Positions 39,540 to 61,739 of a stretch of 64,000 bases of DNA are shown one piece after another (position 1 is the stretch's first letter; each line of letters starts with the position of its first letter). This stretch comes from the human T2T-CHM13v2.0 reference genome, Homo sapiens. The stretch is from assembly GCF_009914755.1 (NCBI RefSeq), contig NC_060928.1; one strand, 5' to 3'. A program made the position numbers and the translations under genes. Under the pieces are notes generated by a model. It was given only the letters and a program-made list of their open reading frames with translations. It was not told the DNA's origin and did no database searches.

Positions 39540-40000
39540 TGTATTAATCAGAGATCTCCAGAGAAACTGAACCAATAAGATGTGTATCACACACAGTGGG
39601 CAAGGAGGGTGGGGGAGAGGACAGCCTGATTTATATTGAGAAATTGGATCACATGATTCCAAAAGATGGTAAGTCCAAAATCTGCGGGTAGGCCAGTGGG
39701 CTGGAGACCCAGGGAAGAGCTGACATTGCAGCTCAAGAGCAAAGGCAGACTGCTGGCAGAATTCTCTCTTCCTCAAGAGACATGAGTCTTTTTTTCTCAC
39801 AAGACTTTCAACTGATTAGATGAGGCCAAATCACAACCAAAGCAGACTGTAGAGGGTAATCTGCTTTACTCAAATTCTACTGATTAAAATCTTAATCTCA
39901 GATTTTAAAAATACCTTCACAGTAACATCTATACTAGTGTTTAACCAAATATCTGGGTAATGTGACTTAGCCAAGTTGACGCATAGAATTGACTATCACA
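39540..40000 (-). mobile_element. MLT2 (C/D-like) solo LTR
   Basis: tgtattaatcagagatctccagagaaac...gactatcaca; TSD atggc. Confidence 0.85.
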
Positions 40001-40259
40001 ATGGCCTAATACACCAATATAGCTGCTGAAACTCAGCCATCATGCCTATTTCAAGAAGCAAGAAAAAGGTAGTGGGCAAAGATAAAGGGTGTACGACAGT
40101 GTCTATTTCTCTCCTGAGGAATTTTCCTGAAAATCCTAATTGACAACTTCTGCTTACATCTCAGTGGACACCTCTTATTGTCAAATAGCCTGAAAATTGT
40201 AATATTTAGTTAGATAAACTAACTGTCTGCCAAAGTAACTAATCCTGATAAACCAAGCC

Positions 40260-41400
40260 CCAAAGAAAATCTTTATATTTATCCTGCTTGGGGTCCATAG
40301 CACTTTTTGTATATGTGGCTTGATATATTTTCATCAGTTTCAGAATTCCTGGTCATTATTTAAATGTTGCATTGCCTTATTCTTTCTTTCCTCTCCTTAT
40401 CTAATCACACACATTAGATCTTTTCATTATGTCCCTGTGTCTCTTATATTCTCTTTTATATTTTCCATAATTTCCTCTCAATGCTTCAGTTTGGATATTT
40501 TCTTTTGATCTATATTCCAGTTTCTTAATCTTATTTTTGGCTCTGTCTAATGTGCTCTTAAATCATCTATGGAGTTCTTCATTTCAATAATGTAATATTT
40601 GGTTGTAAAACTACTATTTAGCTTTCTTTCATAGTGTTCAGTTCTCTGCTCAAATTCTCCACCTTGCCATCTAATCTCTTGAACATATTGTTTTAAAGCC
40701 TGTGTCTGCTACCTCAAATATCAGAATATTTTGTTAGTCTGTATCTATTTGTTTTTTCTTGATTTTTGATCACTGGTTTTGTTTGCTGGCATGTCTGGTA
40801 CATTTTTATTCCCATGCCATAAATTGAAGATAAAAAGCTATGGAAATAACTTGAGGCTCTGCATAGTGCTATAGTCTTTCTGAGATGATTGACTTTTGCT
40901 TCTGGCAAGTATTGAGTAAACAGATCACCTTAATCCAATCAAAGATGGAGCTGGCATGAAAAAAAGACTTTTTTTTTTGGTAAGGGCTGTCTACATGTGT
41001 TTCATCTTTGCTCCTAAAATGCAGTATTTTGCAGATCCCAAATGAAAGCCCAAGATGTTTTCCAGAGTCCCTCCTTCTTGGTAGACCCTAAATTCCAATA
41101 TGATCCTTCAGCTATACAATATTAGTAAAAACTAAACTTAGATTTTAAGCCTCTCAGACAACCTTTTCTATTCAGCTTTTTTACATTTTATTCTCCATTT
41201 GTCAATCACCCAATGCCTCTAGAGAGAAAATGGCAACAAAAATTGGGTTCATTTTTGTGCTTCTCATTTCTCCAGGATTTCAGCCCCTCAACCACTCTCT
41301 GCTTTGATAACTCACAGATGCATTCAAAGACATGCTTTTTAAGTTTAGCCATCATTTCTTGTTGTTGTCAGTTGAAGAATTAACACAGGACTCAGCATAA
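40260..41400 (-). mobile_element. Very old L1M/HAL1-like fragment
   Basis: Pyrimidine-rich text resembling antisense L1 ORF1 region. Confidence 0.45.
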
Positions 41401-41529
41401 CCAGAAATATCTTGATTGATGATTTTTGAAGAATTGTCCTAGACTGAATTATAATCTCTCATAACCCTCACTTGTCAAATTGGCCTACTGATTGCCGGAT
41501 CTTCACTTCATTGTGTGTTACTTGAATAC

Positions 41530-41642
41530 CTGTCCCTGATGTTGTAAGGTGCTTAGGACATTCAGACTTTTTTTAAGTTAATACAGAACAAAAGATGCTA
41601 CCTATACACTGTTGTTACAGCACATTAACCCACCTACATTCA
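41530..41642 (-). pseudogene. Relic exon: N-terminal part of the first AID/APOBEC-like domain
   Basis: Reads LMCCNNSV*VASFVLY*LKKSLNVLSTLQHQGQ; donor CAG|gtattc in phase 0; acceptor uncertain. Confidence 0.5.
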
Positions 41643-42029
41643 CTTGCAAGTAAATAATTTTATCTTGATTTTGAAATTTTATTTTGCTTTGTGTCTAAGA
41701 ACTCCATTTTGCTCCAGAAACAGAAATACTTACATGTTAGCAATGTATGGAATATAAAACAGCTTGATACTTCCAAAATAACACTTTGATTGCTTTACTT
41801 ATTTAAGAGCTCCTCTCTTGTGCAAGGCATATGTGCTTCGGGTTGTAAGAGATACAAAGATTATATAAATATATACTTCCAGATCTGAAAGAATCTTAGA
41901 GACAATCAAACTAGATTCACTCATTTTACAGAAGAATTATTTGCTCCAAAACAAGAATTTTGGCTTCTTAACTCCTATTCAATGCTCTTTTCATGATGAA
42001 GTGTTGGTTCCAAGAAAAAGACTCTTGAT

Positions 42030-48390
<6,361 letters not shown>

Positions 48391-49050
48391 GAGATCCTTA
48401 TCTTTTCTCTCTGCTGTCTTCCACTACGGACCCAAAGTTTTGAACAACTTTATTAAATAAAATGTACTTGTGAAATGATAGTTTATGTGATCCTAACATA
48501 AGAAAAGTATATTTTTTCTACCAGCCTTTTAAAAATAATTAACATAACTCAAAAGAAGACACATTACTATTTTCAAGAAACTAGTAGTATTAGAAATTAT
48601 CCCTCCTAACCAGAAGTTTACAATCTCTTTGTAGAAAAACATAAATGAATGATCATACTCTAAGGTAGTATATATTAGGTATATGATATATGATACACAC
48701 AAACCACATGTAGTTTTTTGACATATTCATGTATATGATATATATTATTAAGTTTGTCCTGTATATCTGCCTCCCCTGATGAATTAGGAGCTCTTCATGA
48801 GCAAAAATTATAGCTTTTCATCATTAGTCTCAGCTTGGGGTTTTCAATATTAACAAACCATTAAATGAATGAGATTCTTTGAATCTACATAACTGGTCAA
48901 GATAATAAATGCATTAGGAATTCCCAGAGGATAGGCAGTTTGGGACTGAGATCACTGTGTAAACATGAAGATGCAGGTTGAAGTAGACTTTTATTAAAAT
49001 TTGAGCTAAAGTGGATAAGGTTCAGATAGACTACAGTATGGGGTGGACAC

Positions 49051-49548
49051 TGTATTAGTTTCCTGTGGTTGCTCTAACAATCTACCACACATTTATCAGC
49101 TTAAAAAAAACAGACATTTATTATCTTATAGCTCTGGAGGTCAGAAACTGAAATCAATCTCATGGTGCTAAAATCAATGTGTTGGTAGAACTGTGCTCTT
49201 TTTGGAGGCTCCCAGGGAGAATTCATTTCTTTGTCTTTTCCATCTTCTCAAGACTGCCTGAGTTTCTTGGTTTATGAGCCCTTCCTTCATCTTCAAAGTG
49301 CATCGCTCCAACCTCTGCTACTGCCATCACATCTCCTTTTCCTGCCTTTGAGCCACAGATTTCCCTCTTATAAGGACTCTTGTGATTATACTGGGCCTAT
49401 CCATATAATCCAGAGTAATCTTCCCATCTCAAGATCCTTCACTTAATCACATGTGCAAAGTCCCTTTTCCCATGTTAGATAACATATACACATGTTCTGG
49501 GGATTGAGATGTGGGCAAATCGGGAGGGCCATTATTCTGCTTACCACA
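49051..49548 (-). mobile_element. MLT1-type MaLR solo LTR
   Basis: tgtattagtttcctgtggttgc...ccattattctgcttaccaca. Confidence 0.85.
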
Positions 49549-49572
49549 AATGTTTCAAGCAAAGGCCTCATG

Positions 49573-49758
49573 CAGTGATCCTTAAAGTATGGTCCCTGGA
49601 CCAGCTGAATCTGCATCCCTTGGTCATTCCTTAGAAATCGAAATTCTCAGACCTCATCCCAGATCTACTGAATCAGAAGCTGTGGTGAGGCCCAGCAATC
49701 TGCAATGTAACAAGCCCTCCAGGTGATTCTGATACACACTAAAGTTTGAGAATCGCTG
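49573..49758. mobile_element. MER5A DNA transposon
   Basis: cagtgatccttaaagtatggtccctggaccagc...aaagtttgagaatcgctg. Confidence 0.85.
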
Positions 49759-50456
49759 CCCCACAGTTTGGAAAAACGGCAGAGCAAGGTCAGAGGTCTG
49801 CAAGTCTATGGATTTCACAGGGACAGAGAGTTTCGAAGAGCATCAGAACACAGAACACAGAAAACACACAGAGTCAGAGCATAGAGAGTCTGGAATCTCA
49901 GGTTAAGTGCCACGTAAGAGTTAAATGTCTGGCTCCAAATGTGAATTTGGTAATCTTCTTACACATTTCACAAAATCAATGCTTAACTGAAAATCCTTAC
50001 TGATTTTATGAGGCATAAAATTAATCTGTTCAAATTCACAAATTTAACAGATTGACCTAGAAAAATAATTTCTCTTGCTTTTAAAACTGTAAATCAAAAA
50101 TTTATTATAAGAATTTCCAGATTAAAGACATGATCTTTTACATACTCAAAATATTCATTAATATTTTAATTTCTAAAAGTCTTCCTCAAAATAGCTACAG
50201 CAATAGCTGTAATTCATCAGCAATTTTACTATTTTCATTTTTTCCTCTAACAAGCAGCACAGCAAGGAATTCTTAACTAAGTGTTATCTCTAGAAGGCGA
50301 GGCATTATGAAGAAAAGAATTGCAGGTGACTTCCCATGAGTGTTGATTTAGAGCAGAGGACAATTTCCTTTCCAAGGCAGAAAAGTGGGGTCATTTAGAA
50401 TTGTGCTCTCCTAGAGGCAAACAGGAAACAGGAAGCTCTCTGTCAGCCATTCTTAC

Positions 50457-50514
50457 CCTGCCCCCAGGGCAGGAAAGGCATGAGGATGAGCCATATCAGT
50501 TACTTTGACCCAGC
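50457..50514 (-). other. Candidate short first coding exon of the decayed minus-strand gene
   Basis: cttatttcctag|...GAT ATG GCT...GGGGCAGG|gtaaga; reads MAHPHAFPALGA, ends in phase 2. Confidence 0.3.
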
Positions 50515-51695
50515 CTAGGAAATAAGATGGCTTATTCAGCCTGTAGACCTGGGCTGATGGGGAGGGCACAGACGGCATCCACAACCCACCGTAACTCTCC
50601 CTGACAACCAGATAACATCCAGTCAGCTTAACACTGAACACTGAGGAAATGAAAAGGAATGTATACCCAAAACACATTAATTAAGTTTTAAACAAAAGGG
50701 AGATAACAGTTTTGTCAGGAAGCAGTAAACAAGCAGAGGACAAGCTACCTTCCACCTCTAAGAGGCTTTTATTGGGCCCAAAACTCCTCTGGGTGAACAT
50801 CACCCTAAGTTACCATAGCACTCAACTACAATAACTCAAAATGGGCATAAACAGTCAGATGAATTAGAGCAACCCCCAGCAAATTTAAGCAGATGATAAG
50901 AGCTAACCTATGCCCCTATACATACCATTGTACCTAGCCTCCTGAATTTGATAGAAGACTGCAATCACAGCTCAGAAATTCACGTTAGCATTTCTTCACA
51001 AAATTAACAATACTCCAGAATAAATCTGAGTTTGTTAAAGAAGATTCAAGTGCAGAATGTGCCAAAATATATAAATGTATAAATATCATCACAATGAAAC
51101 ATTTTGAAACTTCTCTTCAGGGCACTGAAAAGGATCTACATAGGATCTACATCAAACAGACATAGTATAAGGGCTTTATGCTATAAGACCATATTTGTAG
51201 AACAAAATGAACCAGAATTGAAGTCATGTATGAAGTGCTGTTAGTTAATGTAAATGCTAGTTCTGACTGCTGCCAGGTCAAGCCAACTGATCATGTGATT
51301 TAAGAAGGCTCCAAATGTGTTCTTCCTTCAACCTTCTCTATTAGCAACATCAGCAACCCAGTCACACAAAGAACACATAGAGCCATTGTCTTTATCCTCA
51401 GCGTTTCCCTCTACCCCACCCTCCACACAAACACATTTTCAATCACTTGAGACTCTTACTCATTCTACCTCTGAAAAGCCCTTACTTCTGTCTCTCTCCA
51501 TTCCCACTGCCCTACTTTTGGCCCCAAACAACTCTTTAGACTACAAACACTGCCTCTTGACTCATGTCCAAATCCTCCAAATCTTGACCAGATGGCTCAA
51601 ACCCCTTCAGCACACTAGGTCAGATGTCCCTCGTGTATGTATCTCATTCTCCCAGAAAAAATCTATGGTTACCTCACCAGAGTTACCATATCACT

Positions 51696-52030
51696 ATTTT
51701 ATTTTATCTTATTTTATTTTACTTATTTTTTTTTAGAGATGGGGTCTTGCTATATTGCCCAGTCTGTAGTACAGTGGCTATTCACAGGCTCAATCCCACT
51801 ACTGATGAGCACAAGAGTTTTGACCTGCTCCATTTCTGACCTGGGCCGGTTCACCTCTCCTTAGGCAACTAGGTGATCCCCCACTCCCCAGAGGTCACCA
51901 TATCAATGCCAAACTTAGTGTGGACACCCAATCAGCATAGTGCACTGCATCCCAGAACTCCTCGACTCAAGCCATCCTCCCACCTCAGCCTCCCAAGTAG
52001 CTGGGATTATAGACACCCACGGCACTGAGC
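51696..52030 (-). pseudogene. 7SL (SRP) RNA retropseudogene
   Basis: Contains the 7SL S-domain that Alu lacks (gctattcacaggc...gacctgctccatttctgacctgggccggttcacc...gaggtcaccatat); T-rich tail. Confidence 0.92.
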
Positions 52031-52039
52031 TAGTTTATT

Positions 52040-52590
52040 TCATTTTTAATGTAATCATTGTATACAATTATTTTATGAAAATATGGCTTACATATTGCAA
52101 AAGGTACAAATTTTAAGTGTACAGCTTAATTTTCACATGTGCACACCTGTAACCACCACCCAAATCAAGATATCAAACACTCCCAGCATCTCACCAGACT
52201 TGTAATCAATACTCGGGCACCTAAAGGTAACCACTATTATAGCTTCCATCATGATAGATTAATTTGCCTGTTTTTAAGCTTTATATAGACGGAATTATAC
52301 AGTATGTGCTCTTTTGTGTAGTATTCCATTTTATGAATATGCCACAATTTATTTCTCTATTCTCCTGTGAATAGACATTTGGGTTGTTCCCATTTGAAGA
52401 TTATTATGAATAAAGCTGCTATGCACATTCTTGTAAATATCTTTTTTGTGAACATGTGCACTCAGTTCTGTTGGGGATATGTCCAGAAGAGGAACTGCTG
52501 GGTCGCAGGATAGATGTATGTTTTATGTTAGCATGTACTGCTAAACGTTTTTCCAAAGTGGTTTTTACCACTTTCTAAATATCCGAATTA
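52040..52590 (-). mobile_element. Old L1M 3' fragment
   Basis: tacaaattttaagtgtacagc...gtagtattccattttatgaatatgccacaatttatt. Confidence 0.7.
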
Positions 52591-52605
52591 TTTTAATAGT
52601 TATGC

Positions 52606-52899
<294 letters not shown>

Positions 52900-55399
52900 A
52901 GTTATGCTATTTTATTGTGCATTTTTGTATGTGCCCATTCCACAACCACACTTGGGCTCCTGAAACACAGGTCCCTATGTTGTCTTACCCCACACACCCA
53001 GTATATAGATTATAATTACAATTAAATATTGATATTACATACAAGCAAAAGAGTAAATGCATTCATAGAGCATGGTGGGACAGGGGCTTAGGAATGTGGT
53101 GTTTACTCAAAGGAAAATCTATCACCTCTCTTCTGGACCAAGTCCAGGGATGACACATGCCTACCCCAGCCCTGCCTACACTTCAGTAGTCATCCAAAGT
53201 GTGGTGGAATATTCACATCAGCTGCCTACATTCCCCAGTCCCCACTGAGTTGCTCAAAAGCCCAATTAGGTCTATCTGCCCAGTGTTCCTGGGTTTTAAA
53301 CTTGCTAATATGTATTTAGTCAATCATTAAACTGCTGGAAAATTTAATAAGCCAGAAAACCTTCAAAGCTCCACACTTTTTTTTCCCTGTAATTTTGTGC
53401 AGATTCATTTGAAATGCGCTAAGGAAACTGCACTCATTAACTATCCCATTCAGCCTTCTAAGGTGGAATCAATTAGTGACAGTCATCCACTCAACCCAGA
53501 GATACAAACTGTCTCCCAGAGAAACACCCCACCCCAAAGATGCGTGTCCCTTGATCTGTTTGCGCAGATGGTGGGGATTAGTTACACAAATACAGGGAGA
53601 GAAGAGGGGATTACGGAGGAAGTCCTCCAAAGTCCTCCAGCTCTCCCTGAAAGTGAATTTCTTGTCCTTCCTGTTTTTGCTTCTGAGTATTAAATTTTTC
53701 ACTGCTCTTATATTTCTGCAAGTGCCACAGCATGAACTACTTTCTACTCCTTTTGCAGGGACTATTTTCTGCTTTTAATGTCGATTTTAATAAAACATAG
53801 GCTCCAGACAGTTTCAGCAAGTACATCCAACAGAAGCCCTCTGCAACCCTGAAACCATAACCCTCCCTGGGCTGGAAGTAAAATAAAACTCCCAGAGATA
53901 AAGTTTTATAAAAACTGTGTGAAAAGGAAAATATATATTGCTATTATTTTCTTTTACCCAAGAGGTAAAATTAAATTAAAATGTTCTTTTGGTTTTAAAT
54001 AAGGGTTTCCTTTTAATTGAGAAAAGCTCCATCTGTCCAAATGACTTGCTATTGCTACCCTCCTCAACGAGAGAGGTCTTATGGGGAAAATTCTAATCTG
54101 GCAGCAGGCAGTCATTCTGTGAAATAGAGGCACCTCATCCTTCCGTTTTAAGAGATGCTTCTGAAATGAGTCCAACAAATAAGTGTTTCTGAACAACTTA
54201 AGGCTTTTCGCCAGCCTGTACCTCCGGTCTCCCTCCTCAAAATCAGGTAGTGAAATTACTGCTATTGGAATTCATTGAAACCTGGCAAATATTGCTACTC
54301 ATCTGGGCCAGGGTCAAGTTACCATTGGCAGGGCAGGATGCACAGCGTAATAATCTGGCTGCTTCATTAGGAAAACCTCCGGCAGTTTAAATGTTTATTT
54401 GTCCTGTGACGTTTTCACAGGTTTTACAAATGTCCTCCTCAATCTCCCCTGCCAAGTCACTATGCCTCTCACCCCTCAGGATTGCCAGTAGAGATGGCAT
54501 GTAATCTCCAACTGAAATACTCCTTTTTATGTAAATATCAAGAAATGGTGGCAAAGGAAATATAGATATTTGTAGAGATGATACAGTATCATTTAAAACA
54601 GTATATGCAATTCACAGCTGTCTAAATGTTTGCTACAGCTTATGGTTCAAGGAAACTTGCCCTCCTGAACTTCTCTTGTCTTAGACCTTGCATCCTCCAC
54701 CTCTTCCTTTTGACCCTACCTGTATCTTTTCCTCTTCCTCCTTCCCCTCAACACACACTCAACCCTTTCCTGCCAATGGAATGCTAGTCCCAGGGTGCCA
54801 CGACACCACATCTGACTGATGTTGCTGAACTGAACAACCTCAGGATATGTACCACCATGGCTCCATTTGCTCAAACTAACCCAACACTAAGCTTGTGAGT
54901 ACGAGGCTGTACCAAGTGCATAGCACCTTTGCAGTTCTTTACATCTTCCTTCCAGGCCCATGGTATGCGGGGATAGCAGAGTTCACACTGTCATCAGCCA
55001 TGGAACAATTACAATTCAACTGGGCACCATGTTTTTAAAAATAAATTTGACATAGGAAGGTTAAAGTAACAATAACAACATTAATAATAAGGCTAATAAT
55101 GATAATTATAATAAATTATACACAATCCTACCCCGCTAATAGTAACTTTATTTTGCACATTTAATTTTACATAATTGTATACATAGCATACACATGTTAA
55201 TTTTACATTCTGCCTTTTCCACTTAACACTATCTTAAACATTTTTCCACGTTTCCAGTCTGAATATGTCATTTTTATGATTGCCAAATGTTTTTACCTAA
55301 ATTTGTCAACTGCATATCTTATCAATTCTCAGACTACACTACTAAGTTGCATAACTTAAGATATACAATTATTAAAACAGTATAAATGTGAAAACAGTT

Positions 55400-56150
<751 letters not shown>

Positions 56151-56304
56151 CTGTGAAAACAATAAAAGTAAATATGTCAAAATATTAACAAGTGGTTGCT
56201 CTGGAAGATGGAACACTGAGTGATATTCTTTTTTCTGCTTTTGTACTTTTTAATTTTTCTATAATGAGCATGTATCTTTTTATTTTAAAACTTTATTTAA
56301 TAAT

Positions 56305-56560
56305 AAGAATAATAGCTCCATTTATCAACTATTTACTGTGTAGCAGAGAGTCTTCTAAGTCCATTATATAACTGCCAGCCATTTAGTCTGTATAACAGCC
56401 CTTAAAAGTAGATACTATTAGTGTCTCCATTTTACAGATGAGGAAACTGAGGCATGGAGCAATTAAGGTACTTGCACAAGGTTTTAGAATTAGTAAGTGG
56501 AATAGAAAAATTTTTAACTTAGGCACTCCAGCTCCAGAGTCTCTACACTCTTACCCTATT
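56305..56560 (-). mobile_element. MIR
   Basis: ccattttacagatgaggaaactgaggca. Confidence 0.85.
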
Positions 56561-56685
56561 GGCTTAAAAAGATACAAGCTACATTTAAGCTATAACCATT
56601 TTTAAATAGTCCACTGCCTGGCTTCACAGTGCAATGGATGCCATTATGTTTTTGGTGATCTGAAACTGCTACATGGCCCAGTGTA

Positions 56686-56756
56686 GCACCATCACTATCA
56701 TTCATCACCACCATCACCATTATTCATCACCACCATCAATCCTAACACCACCATCA
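56686..56756. repeat. (CAC/CAT)n low-complexity repeat
   Basis: caccatcactatcattcatcaccaccatcacc... Confidence 0.8.
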
Positions 56757-56785
56757 TTTAAAAACTTCCATTAAGTTTTTAGTGT

Positions 56786-57150
<365 letters not shown>

Positions 57151-57950
57151 TTACTCTTGAGAATACCAGAGCTAGTCTGAGAACACCTTCAAAAGGAAAA
57201 GGCTGTAAGCATCCATGGGAATTGAGAATTTACATAAATACCTAGAAAGTATGGGCAAAAAAGAAAACTACTTCTAGCTGAACTACAAAGAAAATGGAAG
57301 GTAATGCATAATGGAGAGCTTTGATTTATGTAGGATAATAGCTTCAGATTCCCTTTCCACCCTAAATATGTAGACATAAAGTTTTACAGAGGAAAAAAAG
57401 TGAATATTGAAGTCAGCTGTATATTCTATGCTGTTTTCTTTATGATATTTTCAGCATGGGTCACATAATCCCCTAGTTCTTATGTCAAATTTAATATAAC
57501 TATTGTCATATGTAATATATAATTGTGCTCAATGACTTTAGTGAAATAAGATTCTGATGTTTTATCTTTCAAAATATTCTGAACTATATTAGCAAAAGGA
57601 AGTTTCTAGTTCTAATCAGCAGATACTAATTGCAAATAAATGAAGCAGGTGGCAAGTCTAAAAATCAAGTAATGACTGCCAATTTATTCATATGAATGTC
57701 CTTTGCTCTAATAACCTTTTTTCATCTTTGAAATGTATCTAATTTACTTGGTATAATATACTAAAATACACATATATATTTGAATTTTATATACACATAT
57801 ATAAAAATCTACTACTTTGTTACTGAGAATATTTTGAAAGATTTCATATATGTAAATTTACCTTAAAATGTATACTAAAACCAAATTAATAAAATGAGGC
57901 TTCATAGATGTCCTTAGGAAAGTTTTAGCAGATCATAAAAATCATCTGTA

Positions 57951-58261
<311 letters not shown>

Positions 58262-60026
58262 TTATATATAAGGTGTTTTTCTGAAACACATGGAGGCACT
58301 CAATTATGATTTGTGCTCCCAAGCACTTTAAATATCTTCACAACATCTTTTTTAGACTATTAAATTATTTGGTAGTCTTTTTTTCGTAGATAATCAAAAG
58401 TAAAATTCTGGGAATGTGAAACTCACAGTGTCCAAATCAGTGAAAATGACTTGAGATTAAAGTAAAATCCCAATTATATAAGGCTTTTCCATCATTTACA
58501 GCTATGACTTTGTAGATATTCTTGACCTTGATTCTAGTGAATCCTCCCTAAGGGGGGGCCCTTCTTTGGAGCTGATATATTTTCCTTTTATATTGAGTCA
58601 GTATTTGAGTCAAAAACTAGCATTGTAGTTTTTGCTGTGACTGTAATTATCACAAATCCATATAGCCAGCTTCTCATTTATTTGACTGATAAATCTTACC
58701 AAAATATTGTTTTTTTCTGTTTTATTATTATTTAAATATAGTGATGCCTTTAAGAGGTTTTCCTCATGTCAAAAACTGAAAACATTTTCACATATTCACT
58801 TATTTGTATAATAACCTAAGCTGCTTTTGTCTGAGGAGTACGATTTCTCCTGGAAAATAAAAACAAGAGCCTATGGGGTTTACAATGACCTCTCAGATAC
58901 AGTCTATACTCCTTCATTTAGTATTCAAGTCTTTCCATAAGCTGATCTTCATTCTGCCTTCCTAATCTTACCTTCCACTCCTTCTCAAAACTATTCTCTT
59001 CAGTACTTAAGCTCAAGCCCATATTCCAGGGTCCTCATCTGTAAAATGGGTTAATAATCTTTATTTCTACTGTTGGTAAATTAAGCATGAACATGCCTAG
59101 CACAGAAGCTAGCACACAGTAGTTGTTCAAAAATGGGAGAAGGAATAAAAGTCATGAGAAGCTGGGCTTGAATCTGAGAAAACTGCTCATGGGAACATCA
59201 TCAACCTCTCTGAACCTGTTTCCTCATCTGTAAAATTGTGTTGTGCTACCAGGCACAGTGTTCAACATAGAGTACCTAGCACAGATCCTGGCACAAAGAA
59301 GCTCGAAGTAGATACATGGTATGAATGAAAAAATGAATGCTATTATTTTCCATGTAAAGAAAAACAAGTAGATGAGAGGTTCCCAGAGATCCACTGTAAA
59401 TCCCACTGAGATCAGTTCACCTCTCCAAACCAGAGAACATGTGCTCTTGAAGGGCAGAAATGAAACAACTTCATTGGAATTGCCTTCCAACATTTATTCC
59501 AGAGCTTGGTTTTTTTGCTCAGAATAGCAGATCTGAAATCTGGCCACCTGTGAGTACTGGGTGTGAGCACAGTGGAAAAAATGGACAGGGAGGTACCGTG
59601 GCAAAAGCTAGCCTGGCCAATTATCCTGTAACAATAATCAAACACAGATTAATCCATTTATAAAGTTGACTAGGGCAATTTTTATCTCCAGCAGACACAG
59701 GGATGGACCTTTCTTCACTAGATCACCTCTCCAGGAAGAATGGGAGATGACAAGGCTAAATAAAATAAAAGATACCACCACGTTTCTGAAATTAATATGA
59801 AACATTGCATTCACCTGTCATTTAGAACTGGAAAACTAAGAATTTATATGATAAACACAACGGTGTTAAAATGGAAACGTCAGTTCCCTATTTGAATCAA
59901 AACAGACAGACATTTAGTATCAGGAAGCAGAGGAAAGGATAAACCAGAAGTCAGCTGTGGAAGGTAAAAAGGGAAGAGAAATCATCAACGGGGAAGAGAA
60001 AAAAGACCAAAGGAAACAGAGAAAAA

Positions 60027-60358
<332 letters not shown>

Positions 60359-61339
60359 TCAAAAGAAATAATAAACTCATTTGAGAAAGTTGTGATGCTA
60401 ATGAATCTGATCCACTAAGAGAGAAAATAAACCTAATTTATTGAGTCCCAGGGGCCCTGGGCTGGGCACATTCACATTTGTAGTTATTACCCCCATATTT
60501 CAGATGAGAAAAATAAACTTTACAGAGTGATCAGAACAAAAGTTCAGCCAAGTCTCTGACAGCAAAATAGAAAAATAATAATAATACAAATAAAATAACT
60601 CACTACCACTATTTCACTTCACATCCTCCCTCCATGATTTTTATTTCATCAGCAGTAGGACAATGAGAAGGTTTCTAATCAAATACAGATGTGGAAGTAA
60701 ATACCTCTGCTCTCCCATTTATAGGAAAAAGCCAAGATAATTTCTTGCTCATCTTTTTACTCTAGAACAGTGGCTTGCGCATAATAGATACACCACAAAA
60801 AAATAGTTGAATTTAATTGAATAAGAAACACATTACTAAAGAATGTTCATATTCATATTCAATTTTATATGACAACAAAGACTTAAATCCTTGGATATGG
60901 CCACTGTGAACTTCCAAACCAGTCCTCTGAAAATATTCAACCTCCTCTCCTGCCTTTGGCTTCCTGCCTTGAGTTTTTGAAGCCATCAGGGTTAATAAAG
61001 CTAACATAATTCTTCTCATTTAAAAGAAAAAAAAAAAGGATTGAGGAAAACAACTCTCCTGGAGCATTTTCTTATCAAACCCCCTTATCATGTGTAGGGC
61101 GTGGTATACTTGGTTGTTTTCTTATGAGACTATGTCTGGTTCTTCAAACTTAACTGGGGCTTGTGAGGTCTTTTTTCTTCCACATAGGCCTCGCAAACTC
61201 TAGCTGTGCCATAAATGCCTCGTTGATACTAACAGTCTAACAGAGTTTAGAAATGCCCTTCTTATGTCTGCTTTTTAAAAATTAAATTGCTGCCCTCATT
61301 CTTTAAGTATTTCTGGAAATCATCTTTTTCTAAATTAAA

Positions 61340-61512
61340 GGAAAGGGGAGGCGGGTGAGAGTGGGGTGAGGGATGAAAAATTATTTAATGGGTATTATGT
61401 GCATTATTCAGGTGATGTTACACTAAAAGCCCAGACTGAACCACTAAGCAATATATCCATGTAACCAAACTGCACTTGTGCCCCTTAAATTTATACAAAT
61501 AAAAAAAAGAAA
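61340..61512 (+). mobile_element. L1MA 3' terminal fragment
   Basis: cactaaaagcccagac...ccatgtaaccaaactgcacttgtgccccttaaat. Confidence 0.8.
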
Positions 61513-61739
61513 GAATCAAGTTAATTAGGTTGTTAGAATCGGTTTTTTTTCTCTTCTATAACATGCATGTTTCTTATGCTTGCTCCTATCTATATAGACA
61601 GTGAATCTTCATGGCCACATGTTTTAAAGAGTAGAGAAGGGCTTACCCTGCAATTGGACTCTCCCTAAATTTAGCAGAAAAAAAAATTATAAGTGGCTCA
61701 GGATTTGATAAAATAGTCTTGAGTCTCCTTTTCCTTATC

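Noticed and set aside
54483-54500. Second CTCF-like word gccagtagagatggca
   Set aside because: Spacing does not fit the core motif.
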